A DNA stretch of 64,000 bases, taken from contig OZ252299.1 in assembly GCA_965250285.1 (NCBI GenBank), positions 5,280,001 to 5,344,000 on the forward strand, written 5' to 3'. The translations under genes were made by a program, and so were the position numbers. Positions 9,253-17,896 of the stretch are shown here, in pieces. The notes beneath the pieces were generated by a model. The model made no database searches. It saw nothing but the letters and a program-made list of their open reading frames with translations, and was not told where the DNA came from. The first letter of the stretch is position 1. The number at the start of each line of letters is the position of its first letter. Source of the DNA: Myxococcota bacterium (GTDB taxonomy: Bacteria; Myxococcota_A; UBA9160; UBA4427).

Positions 9253-10110
9253 ATGACAGTCGATGTCCGATTGATCACCGATGAAGATCGTGACGATCTC
9301 GCGTCGTTCTTTGATTCGCGTGCGGACACCACGCTTTTCTTGCGCAGCAACCTCGAAATGGCGGGTCTTCGGAACGCAACGCATCCCTTCGGTGGGTGCT
9401 GGGCCGGAGCGTTTTCGGGCGATGCGCTGGTGGCCGTCGCCGCCCACTTCAACGGGGGCAACGTCGTCGTGGCCGGTGTGCAGGCGATCGGTGATGTCTC
9501 TCGATTCGCGGTCGCACAGTCGGGGCGTGTCGTCCGCGGAGTCGTCGGGCCCTGGCGTGAAGCGAACGTCGCGCTCGATGCGCTCGCACTCACGGAAGCG
9601 CCGTCGCTTTCGAGTCGTGAGCTTCTGTATCGGCTGTCGATCGATCGGCTGGCCGTGCCGACCGCGCTCGAAGCGGGTCGCGTGCGCTGCCGGTCGTCGG
9701 ACGAAAGCGAGCTGCCCGCGCTCGCCGATTGGCGCGTCGCGTTCGAAGTCGAGAGCCTCGACAAGGCGCCTTCGGCGCGCCAGCGCGCACTGGCTCACGA
9801 GAGCATCACACGCGCCCACGATGCCCAGAGGCTCTACGTGCTCGAAGACGACTCGAGGTCGGCGGTCGCGACGAGCGCTTTCAACGCGTGGGCGGACGGC
9901 ATCGTTCAGATCGGTGGCGTCTTCACGCCGCCCGAGCTGCGTGGACGCGGGTACGGTCGCAGCGTCGTCGCCGGCTCGCTCCTCGATGCGGCGCGGCGTG
10001 GCGCGCACCGCGCCGTGCTCTTCACCGGCGAGACCAATCGCGCCGCGCAGCGCGCGTACGAGGCGCTCGGCTTCGAGGCGGTGGGCGACTACGGCCTGCT
10101 GCTCTTCTGA
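9253..10110 (+). CDS. GNAT-family N-acetyltransferase
   Basis: GGAG RBS; VFTPPELRGRGYG acetyl-CoA motif; NRAAQRAYEALGF. Confidence 0.88.
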   Translation: MTVDVRLITDEDRDDLASFFDSRADTTLFLRSNLEMAGLRNATHPFGGCWAGAFSGDALVAVAAHFNGGNVVVAGVQAIGDVSRFAVAQSGRVVRGVVGPWREANVALDALALTEAPSLSSRELLYRLSIDRLAVPTALEAGRVRCRSSDESELPALADWRVAFEVESLDKAPSARQRALAHESITRAHDAQRLYVLEDDSRSAVATSAFNAWADGIVQIGGVFTPPELRGRGYGRSVVAGSLLDAARRGAHRAVLFTGETNRAAQRAYEALGFEAVGDYGLLLF

Positions 10111-10218
10111 GCCCGTGACGGTTCGCGCGCGCGTTCGGGTTCGGGCGCGGCCTCAACCGCCACCGGTCAGCCGCCGATGAGAGAAGGGCGACTCGAATTC
10201 ACCATCTGAAACGAGTAC

Positions 10219-10247
10219 TTGTACGCATACGCAATCGTATGTAGAAT
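10219..10247 (+). promoter_or_regulatory. Sigma70-like promoter with a palindromic operator in the spacer
   Basis: TTGTAC-N17-TAGAAT; CATACG-CAAT-CGTATG at 10226-10241. Confidence 0.65.
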
Positions 10248-10276
10248 TCGGATCCGCGCCCAGGAGTCCCCCCGCC

Positions 10277-11740
10277 ATGGCTGTTGCTGCCGATGCCGCC
10301 CCCGAAACCCCCCGGCTGAACGCGTTCGAGGTCTTCACGATTTGGGTGAAGCACCTGCGCTCGTTCCTCTTTCCGGCGGTCGCCCTCGCGTTCATCTGGA
10401 CCGGCCCTCACCCGTGGTACGTGGCGCCGCTCTTCCTGATTCCCTCGGTGCTGATGCTGCTGGCCGACCGAGGAGACCGCGTCGAGCTGCGCCAGCCGCT
10501 CGACACGCTTCCGGCCTGGCCCTTCGATGCGCTCGTCTATCTGCTGGCCGCATCTCAGTTCGTGATCGTCTTCTCGCTCGCCTACATGTTCACCCAGCAG
10601 TCGATCTTCTCGATCGACATGCTGATGGTGGTGATCGGCGTCGGCGCCAACTCGGGGTTCTCGATCATCACGGCGCACGAGTTGATCCACCGCAAGGGCC
10701 GCTTCGATCAGCTCCTCGGTCGCGGTATCCTCTGCACGGTGCTCTACGAGCACTTCTACACCGAGCACTTGCGCGGGCATCACGTGCTCGTCGGCACGCC
10801 CGACGACCCGGCCACTGCGCGCTTCGGCGAGAGCTACGAGGAATTCTGGCGCCGCACGGTGCCCGGGCAGTGGAAGAGCGCCTGGCGTCTCGAGAAGCGG
10901 CGCCTCGGCGACGCAGACATGTCGCTCTTCGATCCGCGGATGCTGGGGAACCGCATGATCCACGGGCTCGTGGTCGAGTGGGGCATCGTTGGGGGTGTCT
11001 ACTTCTTCCTCGGGCTCGCCCCGACCGTGGCCTACGTGCTGCAGGCGTTGATGGCCGTGCGGCTGCTCGAAGCGGTCAACTACTTCGAGCACTGGGGGCT
11101 CGCGCGCAAGAAGAAGCGCGTGCGTCCCGTCGACTCGTGGGACACGCACTCGCAGTTCACGTACTACGGGCTCGTCGGGCTATCGCGCCACGCGGATCAT
11201 CACGCGTGGCCGAGCAGGCCGTATCAGCAGCTGCGCGTCTGGGACGAGGCGCCCGTTCTGCCCACCGGCTACATCGGCACCGTCGACATGGTCATGGCGC
11301 GCAACGACGACTTCCGGGCCGAGGCCACGGCCGAGCTCGAGCGTCGCAACCTCGGTCCATTCGAAGACGTGACCGAGCCCGAAGAGCGCGCGCGCCTGGT
11401 CGAGCAGGGCCGCGGCGAAGCCCGAGACACCGGTCGCGGGCCGATCATGGAGCTCGCCCGCTTCTGGCGTACGCTGCCCGAGCGATTCCGGCCGGTACTC
11501 TTCTTCGGCGCGCTGCTGCTCGCCGTCACGCTCGGGGCCCAGCTCGAAGCCGGGTGGGGCGACATGGCGTTCGTCTCTCGCTTCGGGCTGAACGCCTGGA
11601 TCCTCGCCGTGTTCGCGAGCGTCTTCCTGCTGCGTCCCGCCGTGCTGAGGCTGGTGCGCAACGAATGGGCCTCGTGGGTGCTGGTGCTGGCGGGCTTCGT
11701 CACGGTCGGGCACCTGACGGATCGATTCCTGGGTCTCTGA
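10277..11740 (+). CDS. AlkB-like membrane di-iron monooxygenase/desaturase with a C-terminal membrane extension
   Basis: AHELIHR, EHLRGHH, NYFEHWG and SRHADHHA correspond to the AlkB His boxes; AGGAG RBS. Confidence 0.85.
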   Translation: MAVAADAAPETPRLNAFEVFTIWVKHLRSFLFPAVALAFIWTGPHPWYVAPLFLIPSVLMLLADRGDRVELRQPLDTLPAWPFDALVYLLAASQFVIVFSLAYMFTQQSIFSIDMLMVVIGVGANSGFSIITAHELIHRKGRFDQLLGRGILCTVLYEHFYTEHLRGHHVLVGTPDDPATARFGESYEEFWRRTVPGQWKSAWRLEKRRLGDADMSLFDPRMLGNRMIHGLVVEWGIVGGVYFFLGLAPTVAYVLQALMAVRLLEAVNYFEHWGLARKKKRVRPVDSWDTHSQFTYYGLVGLSRHADHHAWPSRPYQQLRVWDEAPVLPTGYIGTVDMVMARNDDFRAEATAELERRNLGPFEDVTEPEERARLVEQGRGEARDTGRGPIMELARFWRTLPERFRPVLFFGALLLAVTLGAQLEAGWGDMAFVSRFGLNAWILAVFASVFLLRPAVLRLVRNEWASWVLVLAGFVTVGHLTDRFLGL

Positions 11741-11809
11741 GCACGCGCCTGCCTGCTACCGTCGCAGCCCGCGCGCGACCCCGCGCGCGCTGCGATGCGA
11801 GGAGAGGCG

Positions 11810-12685
11810 ATGAGGCTCGTCACCTTCAGCACCGCGGGCACGGGCCCGCGCGTGGGCCTGATCGACGGCGACGCCGTCGCCGATGTCCGTGGGGTCGACG
11901 ATCGGCTGCCCGAGCGCATGGAGGCCTTTCTCGAGGCGGGCGCCGAGGCGCGCAGCGGTGCCGAGGCCGCGCTCTCGGGCGCCCCGCGCATCGGGCTCGC
12001 TGACGTCACGCTGCACTCGCCGGTGCTGCGCCCGCCGAAGATCCTCGCGGTCGGTCTCAACTATGCCGACCACGTCGAAGAGGCGGGGATGGACACGCCG
12101 ACGATCCCGATGATCTTCAACAAGCAGTCGACCTCGGCGCACGGTCCGTTCGCGCCGTTCCATCGGCCTCGGGTCTCGGACAAGCTCGACTACGAAGGCG
12201 AGCTCGCGATCGTCATCGGCCGGCGCTGCCGGCACGTGCCGAGAGACCGCGCGCACGAAGTCATCGCCGGCTACACCGTCTGCAACGACGTCAGCGTGCG
12301 TGATTGGCAGATGCGATCGGCCACGTTCACGATGGGCAAGAGCTTCGACACGCACTGCCCGCTCGGCCCCTGGATCGTGACGGGCGATGAGCTGGGCGAC
12401 CCGCATCGGCTCGCGATTCGAACCTGGGTGAACGGCGAGCTGCGCCAGGATTCGAACACGAGACATCTCATCTTCGACTGCTTCGACCTGGTCGAGCACC
12501 TGTCGACTGCGTTCACGCTCGAGCCGGGCGACGTCATTCCGACCGGTACGCCGGGGGGCGTCGGTGCGACGATGCGCCCGCGTCAGTATCTGACGCCGGG
12601 CGATCGCGTGAAGATCGAGATCGAGGACATCGGCGCGATCGAGAGCGAAGTCATCGAGGAGCCCGCCGACACGATGCGCATCTGA
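11810..12685 (+). CDS. Fumarylacetoacetate hydrolase-family protein
   Basis: VGLNYADH, LDYEGEL, NDVSVRD, GKSFDT, TGTPGGVG. Confidence 0.92.
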   Translation: MRLVTFSTAGTGPRVGLIDGDAVADVRGVDDRLPERMEAFLEAGAEARSGAEAALSGAPRIGLADVTLHSPVLRPPKILAVGLNYADHVEEAGMDTPTIPMIFNKQSTSAHGPFAPFHRPRVSDKLDYEGELAIVIGRRCRHVPRDRAHEVIAGYTVCNDVSVRDWQMRSATFTMGKSFDTHCPLGPWIVTGDELGDPHRLAIRTWVNGELRQDSNTRHLIFDCFDLVEHLSTAFTLEPGDVIPTGTPGGVGATMRPRQYLTPGDRVKIEIEDIGAIESEVIEEPADTMRI

Positions 12686-12710
12686 GCATCGTCGCCCGCG
12701 AATCATCCGC

Positions 12711-13928
12711 ATGTCCGAGATCATCCTCATCAATCTGACTGGACCCGATGGGCCGGGGATCACGCAGCAGCTCGGTGCGATCCTCGCCGATCACGACGTA
12801 CGCATTCTCGACATCGGTCAGTCGGTCATCCACGACACGCTCACGCTCGGGATCCTGATCGAGGTGCCGCCCGAGAGCGAGTCGCATCCGGTGCTCAAGG
12901 ACGTGCTCTTCAAGGCGCACGCCTGGGAGCTGCAGGCGCGCTTCACGCCGATCACCCTCGAAGAGTACGAGACGTGGGTCGATGCCCAGGGCAAGCAGCG
13001 CCACATACTGACCCTGCTCGGTCCCCAGCTCTCGGCGCGCCATCTCGCGGGCGTGGGTGAGGTCGCGAGTCGGCACGGGCTGAACATCGACCACATCACG
13101 CGACTCTCGGGGCGCGTCTCGCTCGCGCATCCGAGGGACGCCCGTCGATCGTGTGTCGAGTTCTCCGTTCGCGGCTCGCCGCCCGACCCGTCGCGGCTGC
13201 GCGCCGACCTGCTCGCGCTCGCGGGCGAGCTGGGCGTCGACATCGCGTTCCAGGTCGACGACATCTTTCGGCGCAACCGGCGGATGGTGGCCTTCGACAT
13301 GGATTCGACGCTGATCCAGGCCGAGGTCATCGACGAACTCGCGGCCGAAGCGGGGGTCGGCGACCAGGTCGCCGCCATCACCGAGCGCGCGATGAACGGC
13401 GAGCTCGACTTCAGGCAGAGCCTGAGCGCGCGCCTCGCTCTGCTCGAAGGTCTTTCGGTCGACGTGCTCGAGAAGGTGGCGGCGCGGTTGCCCCTCACCG
13501 ACGGCGCCGAGCGCTTGGTCGGCACGCTCCGCACGCTCGGCTACAAGACCGCGATCCTCTCGGGTGGCTTCACGTTCGCGGGCGCCCACCTGCAGCGGAT
13601 CCTCGGCATCGACCACGTGCACGCCAACGAACTCGAGGTGCGCGATGGCAAGCTCACGGGTCGCGTCGTCGGCGGCGTCGTCGACGGCGCGCGCAAGGCC
13701 GAGCTGCTGCGCGAGATCGCGGCCCAAGAGGGCATTCGGCTCGAGCAGGTCATCGCGGTCGGGGACGGCGCGAACGATCTCCCGATGCTCGACGCGGCGG
13801 GCCTCGGCATCGCGTTTCACGCGAAGCCGAAGGTGCGGGCCGAGGCGGGGCAGGTCATCTCGAACCTGGGCCTCGACGGCATTCTTTATCTCATCGGGAT
13901 GAGCGACCGCGACGTGTTGCAGGCCTGA
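12711..13928 (+). CDS. serB: Phosphoserine phosphatase with N-terminal ACT domains
   Basis: FDMDSTLIQAEVIDE, LSGGF and VGDGANDLPM HAD motifs. Confidence 0.95.
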   Translation: MSEIILINLTGPDGPGITQQLGAILADHDVRILDIGQSVIHDTLTLGILIEVPPESESHPVLKDVLFKAHAWELQARFTPITLEEYETWVDAQGKQRHILTLLGPQLSARHLAGVGEVASRHGLNIDHITRLSGRVSLAHPRDARRSCVEFSVRGSPPDPSRLRADLLALAGELGVDIAFQVDDIFRRNRRMVAFDMDSTLIQAEVIDELAAEAGVGDQVAAITERAMNGELDFRQSLSARLALLEGLSVDVLEKVAARLPLTDGAERLVGTLRTLGYKTAILSGGFTFAGAHLQRILGIDHVHANELEVRDGKLTGRVVGGVVDGARKAELLREIAAQEGIRLEQVIAVGDGANDLPMLDAAGLGIAFHAKPKVRAEAGQVISNLGLDGILYLIGMSDRDVLQA

Positions 13929-14015
13929 TCGCCGGTCGCGTCGCAGGACGCCCGTGCGTGGGTCGCGGGCGGGCGCGGGCGGCGCGCAGGGCGCGGTCGA
14001 TCGGGCGCGGCGGCT

Positions 14016-14195
14016 TCAATCGATCTCGCTTTTGAGCGCGTCGATCGCGAATCGCAACGAGACGCGGGTCTGATTGCCGATGCGCGGGCTCTCGATCAGC
14101 CGTTCGAGGCTCCGGATCGTCTCGTTGATCTCGAGCGAGTCGAGCTCCATGACGAAGACCGTCCGGTCGAAGTGCTGCGTGTCGTGAGCGGCCAT
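14016..14195 (-). CDS. Small hypothetical protein (59 aa), below the ORF-track cutoff
   Basis: GGAG RBS upstream of ATG; MAAHDTQHFDRTVFVMELDSLEINETIRSLERLIESPRIGNQTRVSLRFAIDALKSEID*; mostly G/C-ending codons. Confidence 0.6.
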   Translation of the reverse strand: MAAHDTQHFDRTVFVMELDSLEINETIRSLERLIESPRIGNQTRVSLRFAIDALKSEID

Positions 14196-14510
14196 GCATT
14201 CTCCGGTGCGAAGGTCGCGGCGGCGATTCGATCCCGCCTACACAAGAACGTGGTACGAGGCCATCGATTGTGGCGTGCGCCTTCGACGAAGACGGACGAT
14301 CCTGCGGCCCCGCGTACGCATCAGCGCTTCTTTTCCGTTCGCTGCCTCTTGGCTGCGCATCGGCTGCGTGGTGCCGTCGAGGCGCGTTCGCCACTGAGCT
14401 GGGAAGGCAGGTGTGAGGGAGGCGATCCCCGCGGCTAGACTCGCCGCTTCGCTGCCGACCGCAGCCCGAGCCGTCGCGCCTCGAGCGCGTCCCCAAGCCC
14501 AGGAGATGCC

Positions 14511-15308
14511 ATGTCCGCCGTCCTCGTCGACGTCCAGAACCACGTCATGACCGTGACGTTGAACCGACCCGAGAAGAAGAACGCCGTCAACTGCGAGGTG
14601 ATGTGCCGGCTCTTCGACGCGTGGAAGCGCGTCGATGAAGACGACGACGTGCGCGCTGCGATCCTGACCGGCAACGGCGACACGTTCTGCGCGGGCATGG
14701 ATCTGTCCGAGATCCCCAAGCTCTCGAGTGGCAAGCCCGACAGCGAGTGGATGGAGCGAGTCATGAAGGAGCCCGAGGTCATCTACGGCGCATGGCTCAA
14801 GACCTACCGGCCGACCAAACCGATTCTGCTCGCCGCCGAGGGCTTTGCGCGCGCGGGCGGCACCGAGATCCTGCAGGGCACCGACATTCGCGTCGCCGGC
14901 GAGAGCGCGATGTTCGGTGTGACCGAGGTGCAGCGCGGCCTCTTTCCGATGGCCGGCTCGGCCGTTCGGCTGCGTCGACAGATCCCCTACGCGATCGCAG
15001 CCGAGATGCTGCTCGCGGGTGAAGACCTGCCGGCCAGGCGCGCCTACGAGCTCGGTCTCGTCAATCACATCGTGCCCGACGGGCAGGCGGTCGCGAAGGC
15101 GAACGAGATCGCGACCCGCATCGCCGAGAACGGCCCGCTCGCCGTGAAGGGCATCCTCGCCACCCTGCGCGCGACCGAGACGATGCCCGAAGAAGAGGCC
15201 TTCGTGATCGAGCAGCAGCACGGCATGAAGGTGATGTCGTCGAAGGATGCGGTGGAGGGGCCGCGGGCGTTCCTCGAGAAGCGGAAGCCGGAGTTCACGG
15301 GGGCGTGA
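14511..15308 (+). CDS. Enoyl-CoA hydratase/crotonase, EchA19-like
   Basis: LNRPEKKNA and FCAGMDL; GGTEILQGTDIRVAGESA and GSAVRLRRQIPY resemble actinobacterial EchA19 as I recall it. Confidence 0.9.
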   Translation: MSAVLVDVQNHVMTVTLNRPEKKNAVNCEVMCRLFDAWKRVDEDDDVRAAILTGNGDTFCAGMDLSEIPKLSSGKPDSEWMERVMKEPEVIYGAWLKTYRPTKPILLAAEGFARAGGTEILQGTDIRVAGESAMFGVTEVQRGLFPMAGSAVRLRRQIPYAIAAEMLLAGEDLPARRAYELGLVNHIVPDGQAVAKANEIATRIAENGPLAVKGILATLRATETMPEEEAFVIEQQHGMKVMSSKDAVEGPRAFLEKRKPEFTGA

Positions 15309-15328
15309 GGTTCGGGGGTTGCACGGGC

Positions 15329-15461
15329 CGGCTTTTCGGGGGTGTCGTCCTCGGATTCCGGCTCGCTGGCTTTACGGGCCCCAGGCGCTTTCGCTTGCCT
15401 TGAGGCGCCGGGGTGTTTTGGCGCTCGCCTCCAACCTGCGGGCGCCACCCCCGAAAAGCCG
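15329..15461. repeat. ~133 bp hairpin/MITE-like element, copy 1
   Basis: Arms CGGCTTTTCGGGGGTGTCGTCC and GGGCGCCACCCCCGAAAAGCCG (20/22 complementary); related copies at 31849 and 38406. Confidence 0.85.
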
Positions 15462-15621
15462 AGGGCGTGGCTCGGGTGGGGTTTCGACCCGGCCGCGGGC
15501 TTCGCTCGCTTGGGTCGTTGAATCATCATTGAATCTGAGGTGCGGGCGGGCTGCGGAGGGCGCAGATCCCCGTGGGCGTGGGCGCTTGCTCGCTTTGGGC
15601 GGGGTTCGGTGACGCCCCAAC

Positions 15622-15662
15622 CATAGGTTCAGTCAATACGACTTTGTCAAACTATCTATTTT
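15622..15662 (+). promoter_or_regulatory. Putative NhaR/LysR box A upstream of the exporter operon
   Basis: CATAG-N28-TCTATTTT containing ATAG-N7-CAAT; AT-rich; same geometry as 20696-20736. Confidence 0.55.
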
Positions 15663-15695
15663 ATCACGAGGTCATGATGCCGAATATTACGTGAT

Positions 15696-17867
15696 ATGAA
15701 TTTCACGAATTCTAGTGACGGTACTCGTGACGATGGACCCCGCGCCGTGGAGCTGCCGCCGCCGGGGTTCCTGGCGCGCATCGGCGAGGCGGTCGGCCTG
15801 CGGGGCCCCGCCGGTTCGGCCCACTACGACGCCCTGAGCGGCGACGCGCCGCCCTCGGTTGCCCGAGACTGGGTATTCGTGCTCGAGCAGATGAGCCGCG
15901 GGGCCGGTCTGCGGGCCTGCCGGATCGACGGCATGGGTGGGCACGTGCTCGATGCCCTGGGACCGCGCCGTGCGCTGGCCACCTGGCACCCCGAGCATGG
16001 GTGGGTCGGCCTCGTGACCGACGGCCGTGCTCGCCCGCGACTCATTCGCGGTCACGCGCGCGACGAGGTCATCGATCGGGCCTCGTTCGAGCGTCGATTC
16101 GGCGACGTGCTCGATTCACCCGGGTGCTGGATCCAGATCGAGCCGAGCCTGGCCGACGCGTCCCGGGGCGCGGGCGCGCGCCCCAAGCCCGCGGCGCGAC
16201 TGCTCTCGTTGCTTCGGGCAGACCGGTCCGACATCGCCACCGTCGTGGTCTACGCGGTCTTCGCCGGTTTGATGACGCTGGCGACGCCGATCGCCGTCCA
16301 GCAGCTGGTCAACAGCGTCGCCTTCGGTGGGCTCGTGCAACCCGTCGTCGTGCTGGCGATCCTGCTCATGGCCGGGCTCGGGTTCGGCGCCCTGATCTCG
16401 GCGCTGCAGGCCGTCGCGGTCGAGCTGATCCAGCGCCGTATCTTCGTGCGCGCCTGTGCCGACCTCGCCGATCGACTCCCGCGCGTCGATGCGGGGGCCG
16501 TCGAAGGCGGCTTCGGTCCCGAGCTCGTCAACCGTTTCTTCGATCTCGTGACCGTGCAGAAGACGGGTGCGAGTCTGCTGCTCGCAGGCACGTCCCTCGT
16601 GCTGCAGACCCTCGTCGGTCTCACGATCTTGAGCTTCTACCACCCGCTGATGCTCGGCTTCAGCGTCTTCCTCATTCTGGCCATCGCTTTCGTGATGGGC
16701 GTGCTCGGGCGTGGCGCGACGGGCACCGCGATCGCCGAGTCGAGCGCCAAGTACAAGCTCGCCGCCTGGATGGAGGAGCTCGCGCGCGAGCCGGGCCCCT
16801 TCAAGACGCGCAGCGGTCGCCGCTGGGCCGCTCAGCGCGCCGACGATCTCGCCGTGAGCTGGATCGAAGCCCGGCGACAGCACTTCCGCATCGTACTGCG
16901 CCAGGTCGTCGGGTCGCTGGTGCTGCAGGTCGTCGCGGGGACGGCCGTGCTCGGGATCGGCGGCATGCTCGTCGTGAACGGTCAGCTGACACTCGGTCAG
17001 CTGGTCGCTTCCGAGATCATCGTCGCGATCGTGGTCGCGGCCGTCGCGCGCCTCGGCAAGCTGCTCGAGAGCTACTACGACCTGCTCGCCGCGATCGACA
17101 AGTTCGGGACGCTGCTCGACCTGCCGCTCGAGCGCATCGACGGCGATGCGCCGTCGGAGGGCGGCGGCGCAGCCGCGATCGAGCTGCGCGAGGTGGTGAT
17201 CGACGGGCCGCCCGGTGCGACCGCCACGCCGCGTCTCAGCACCCGCGTCGCCCCCGGCGATCGCGTCGCGCTGCGCGGCGGCAATGCGGCGGTGCGCGGC
17301 GAGCTGCTGCGAGCGATCGTCGGCCTCTCTGCTCCGGCGCGCGGTTCGATCCACTACGACGGCGACGAGCTCGATGCCCTCTACCTCGAGGCGCTGCGCG
17401 AGTCGGTCATGGTCGTGGGCGAGCCCGAGCTGCACACGGGCACGATCCTCGACAACCTGCGCGTGGCCCGGCCGGGTGCACCGCGGGCCGCCATCGACGA
17501 GGCCCTCGAACGCGTGGGTCTGGCCGAGATGATCGATTCGCTCCCGCAGGGCGTGCGCACGCGGATCGAGCCTTCGGGTTGGCCTCTCGACGCGGGGGCA
17601 CAGCGTCAGCTGATGCTCGCGCGGGCGGTGCTCGCTTCGCCCCGGGTGCTCTGCGTCGACGACGCCCTCGTGCACCTCGACGCCGAGTCGCGCATTCGGG
17701 CGCTCGAGGTGCTCACCGATCCGGCGGCGCCCTGGACGCTGTTCCTGTCGTCTCACGAGCCGACCGATCTCGCAGCCTGCACGCACGTGTTCGATCTCGA
17801 TACGGGTGAGCTGCGGGCGAGCGTGAACGTCGTGCCCGATGACACCCCTCGCTCGGTCACGGGCTGA
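15696..17867 (+). CDS. Type I secretion-like ABC transporter (TMD+NBD) with degenerate ATPase motifs
   Basis: TMD with ELVNRFFD and LTLGQLVASEII; Walker A position reads GGNAAVRGE, signature LDAGA, Walker B VLCVDD. Confidence 0.85.
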   Translation: MNFTNSSDGTRDDGPRAVELPPPGFLARIGEAVGLRGPAGSAHYDALSGDAPPSVARDWVFVLEQMSRGAGLRACRIDGMGGHVLDALGPRRALATWHPEHGWVGLVTDGRARPRLIRGHARDEVIDRASFERRFGDVLDSPGCWIQIEPSLADASRGAGARPKPAARLLSLLRADRSDIATVVVYAVFAGLMTLATPIAVQQLVNSVAFGGLVQPVVVLAILLMAGLGFGALISALQAVAVELIQRRIFVRACADLADRLPRVDAGAVEGGFGPELVNRFFDLVTVQKTGASLLLAGTSLVLQTLVGLTILSFYHPLMLGFSVFLILAIAFVMGVLGRGATGTAIAESSAKYKLAAWMEELAREPGPFKTRSGRRWAAQRADDLAVSWIEARRQHFRIVLRQVVGSLVLQVVAGTAVLGIGGMLVVNGQLTLGQLVASEIIVAIVVAAVARLGKLLESYYDLLAAIDKFGTLLDLPLERIDGDAPSEGGGAAAIELREVVIDGPPGATATPRLSTRVAPGDRVALRGGNAAVRGELLRAIVGLSAPARGSIHYDGDELDALYLEALRESVMVVGEPELHTGTILDNLRVARPGAPRAAIDEALERVGLAEMIDSLPQGVRTRIEPSGWPLDAGAQRQLMLARAVLASPRVLCVDDALVHLDAESRIRALEVLTDPAAPWTLFLSSHEPTDLAACTHVFDLDTGELRASVNVVPDDTPRSVTG

Positions 17868-17896
17868 GCGCTGCTTTCGACGGAGTCGACCCCATC

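Noticed and set aside
14240..14260. KstR box upstream of the EchA19-like gene
   Set aside because: AAGAACGTGGTACG matches only half of TnnAACnnGTTnnA.
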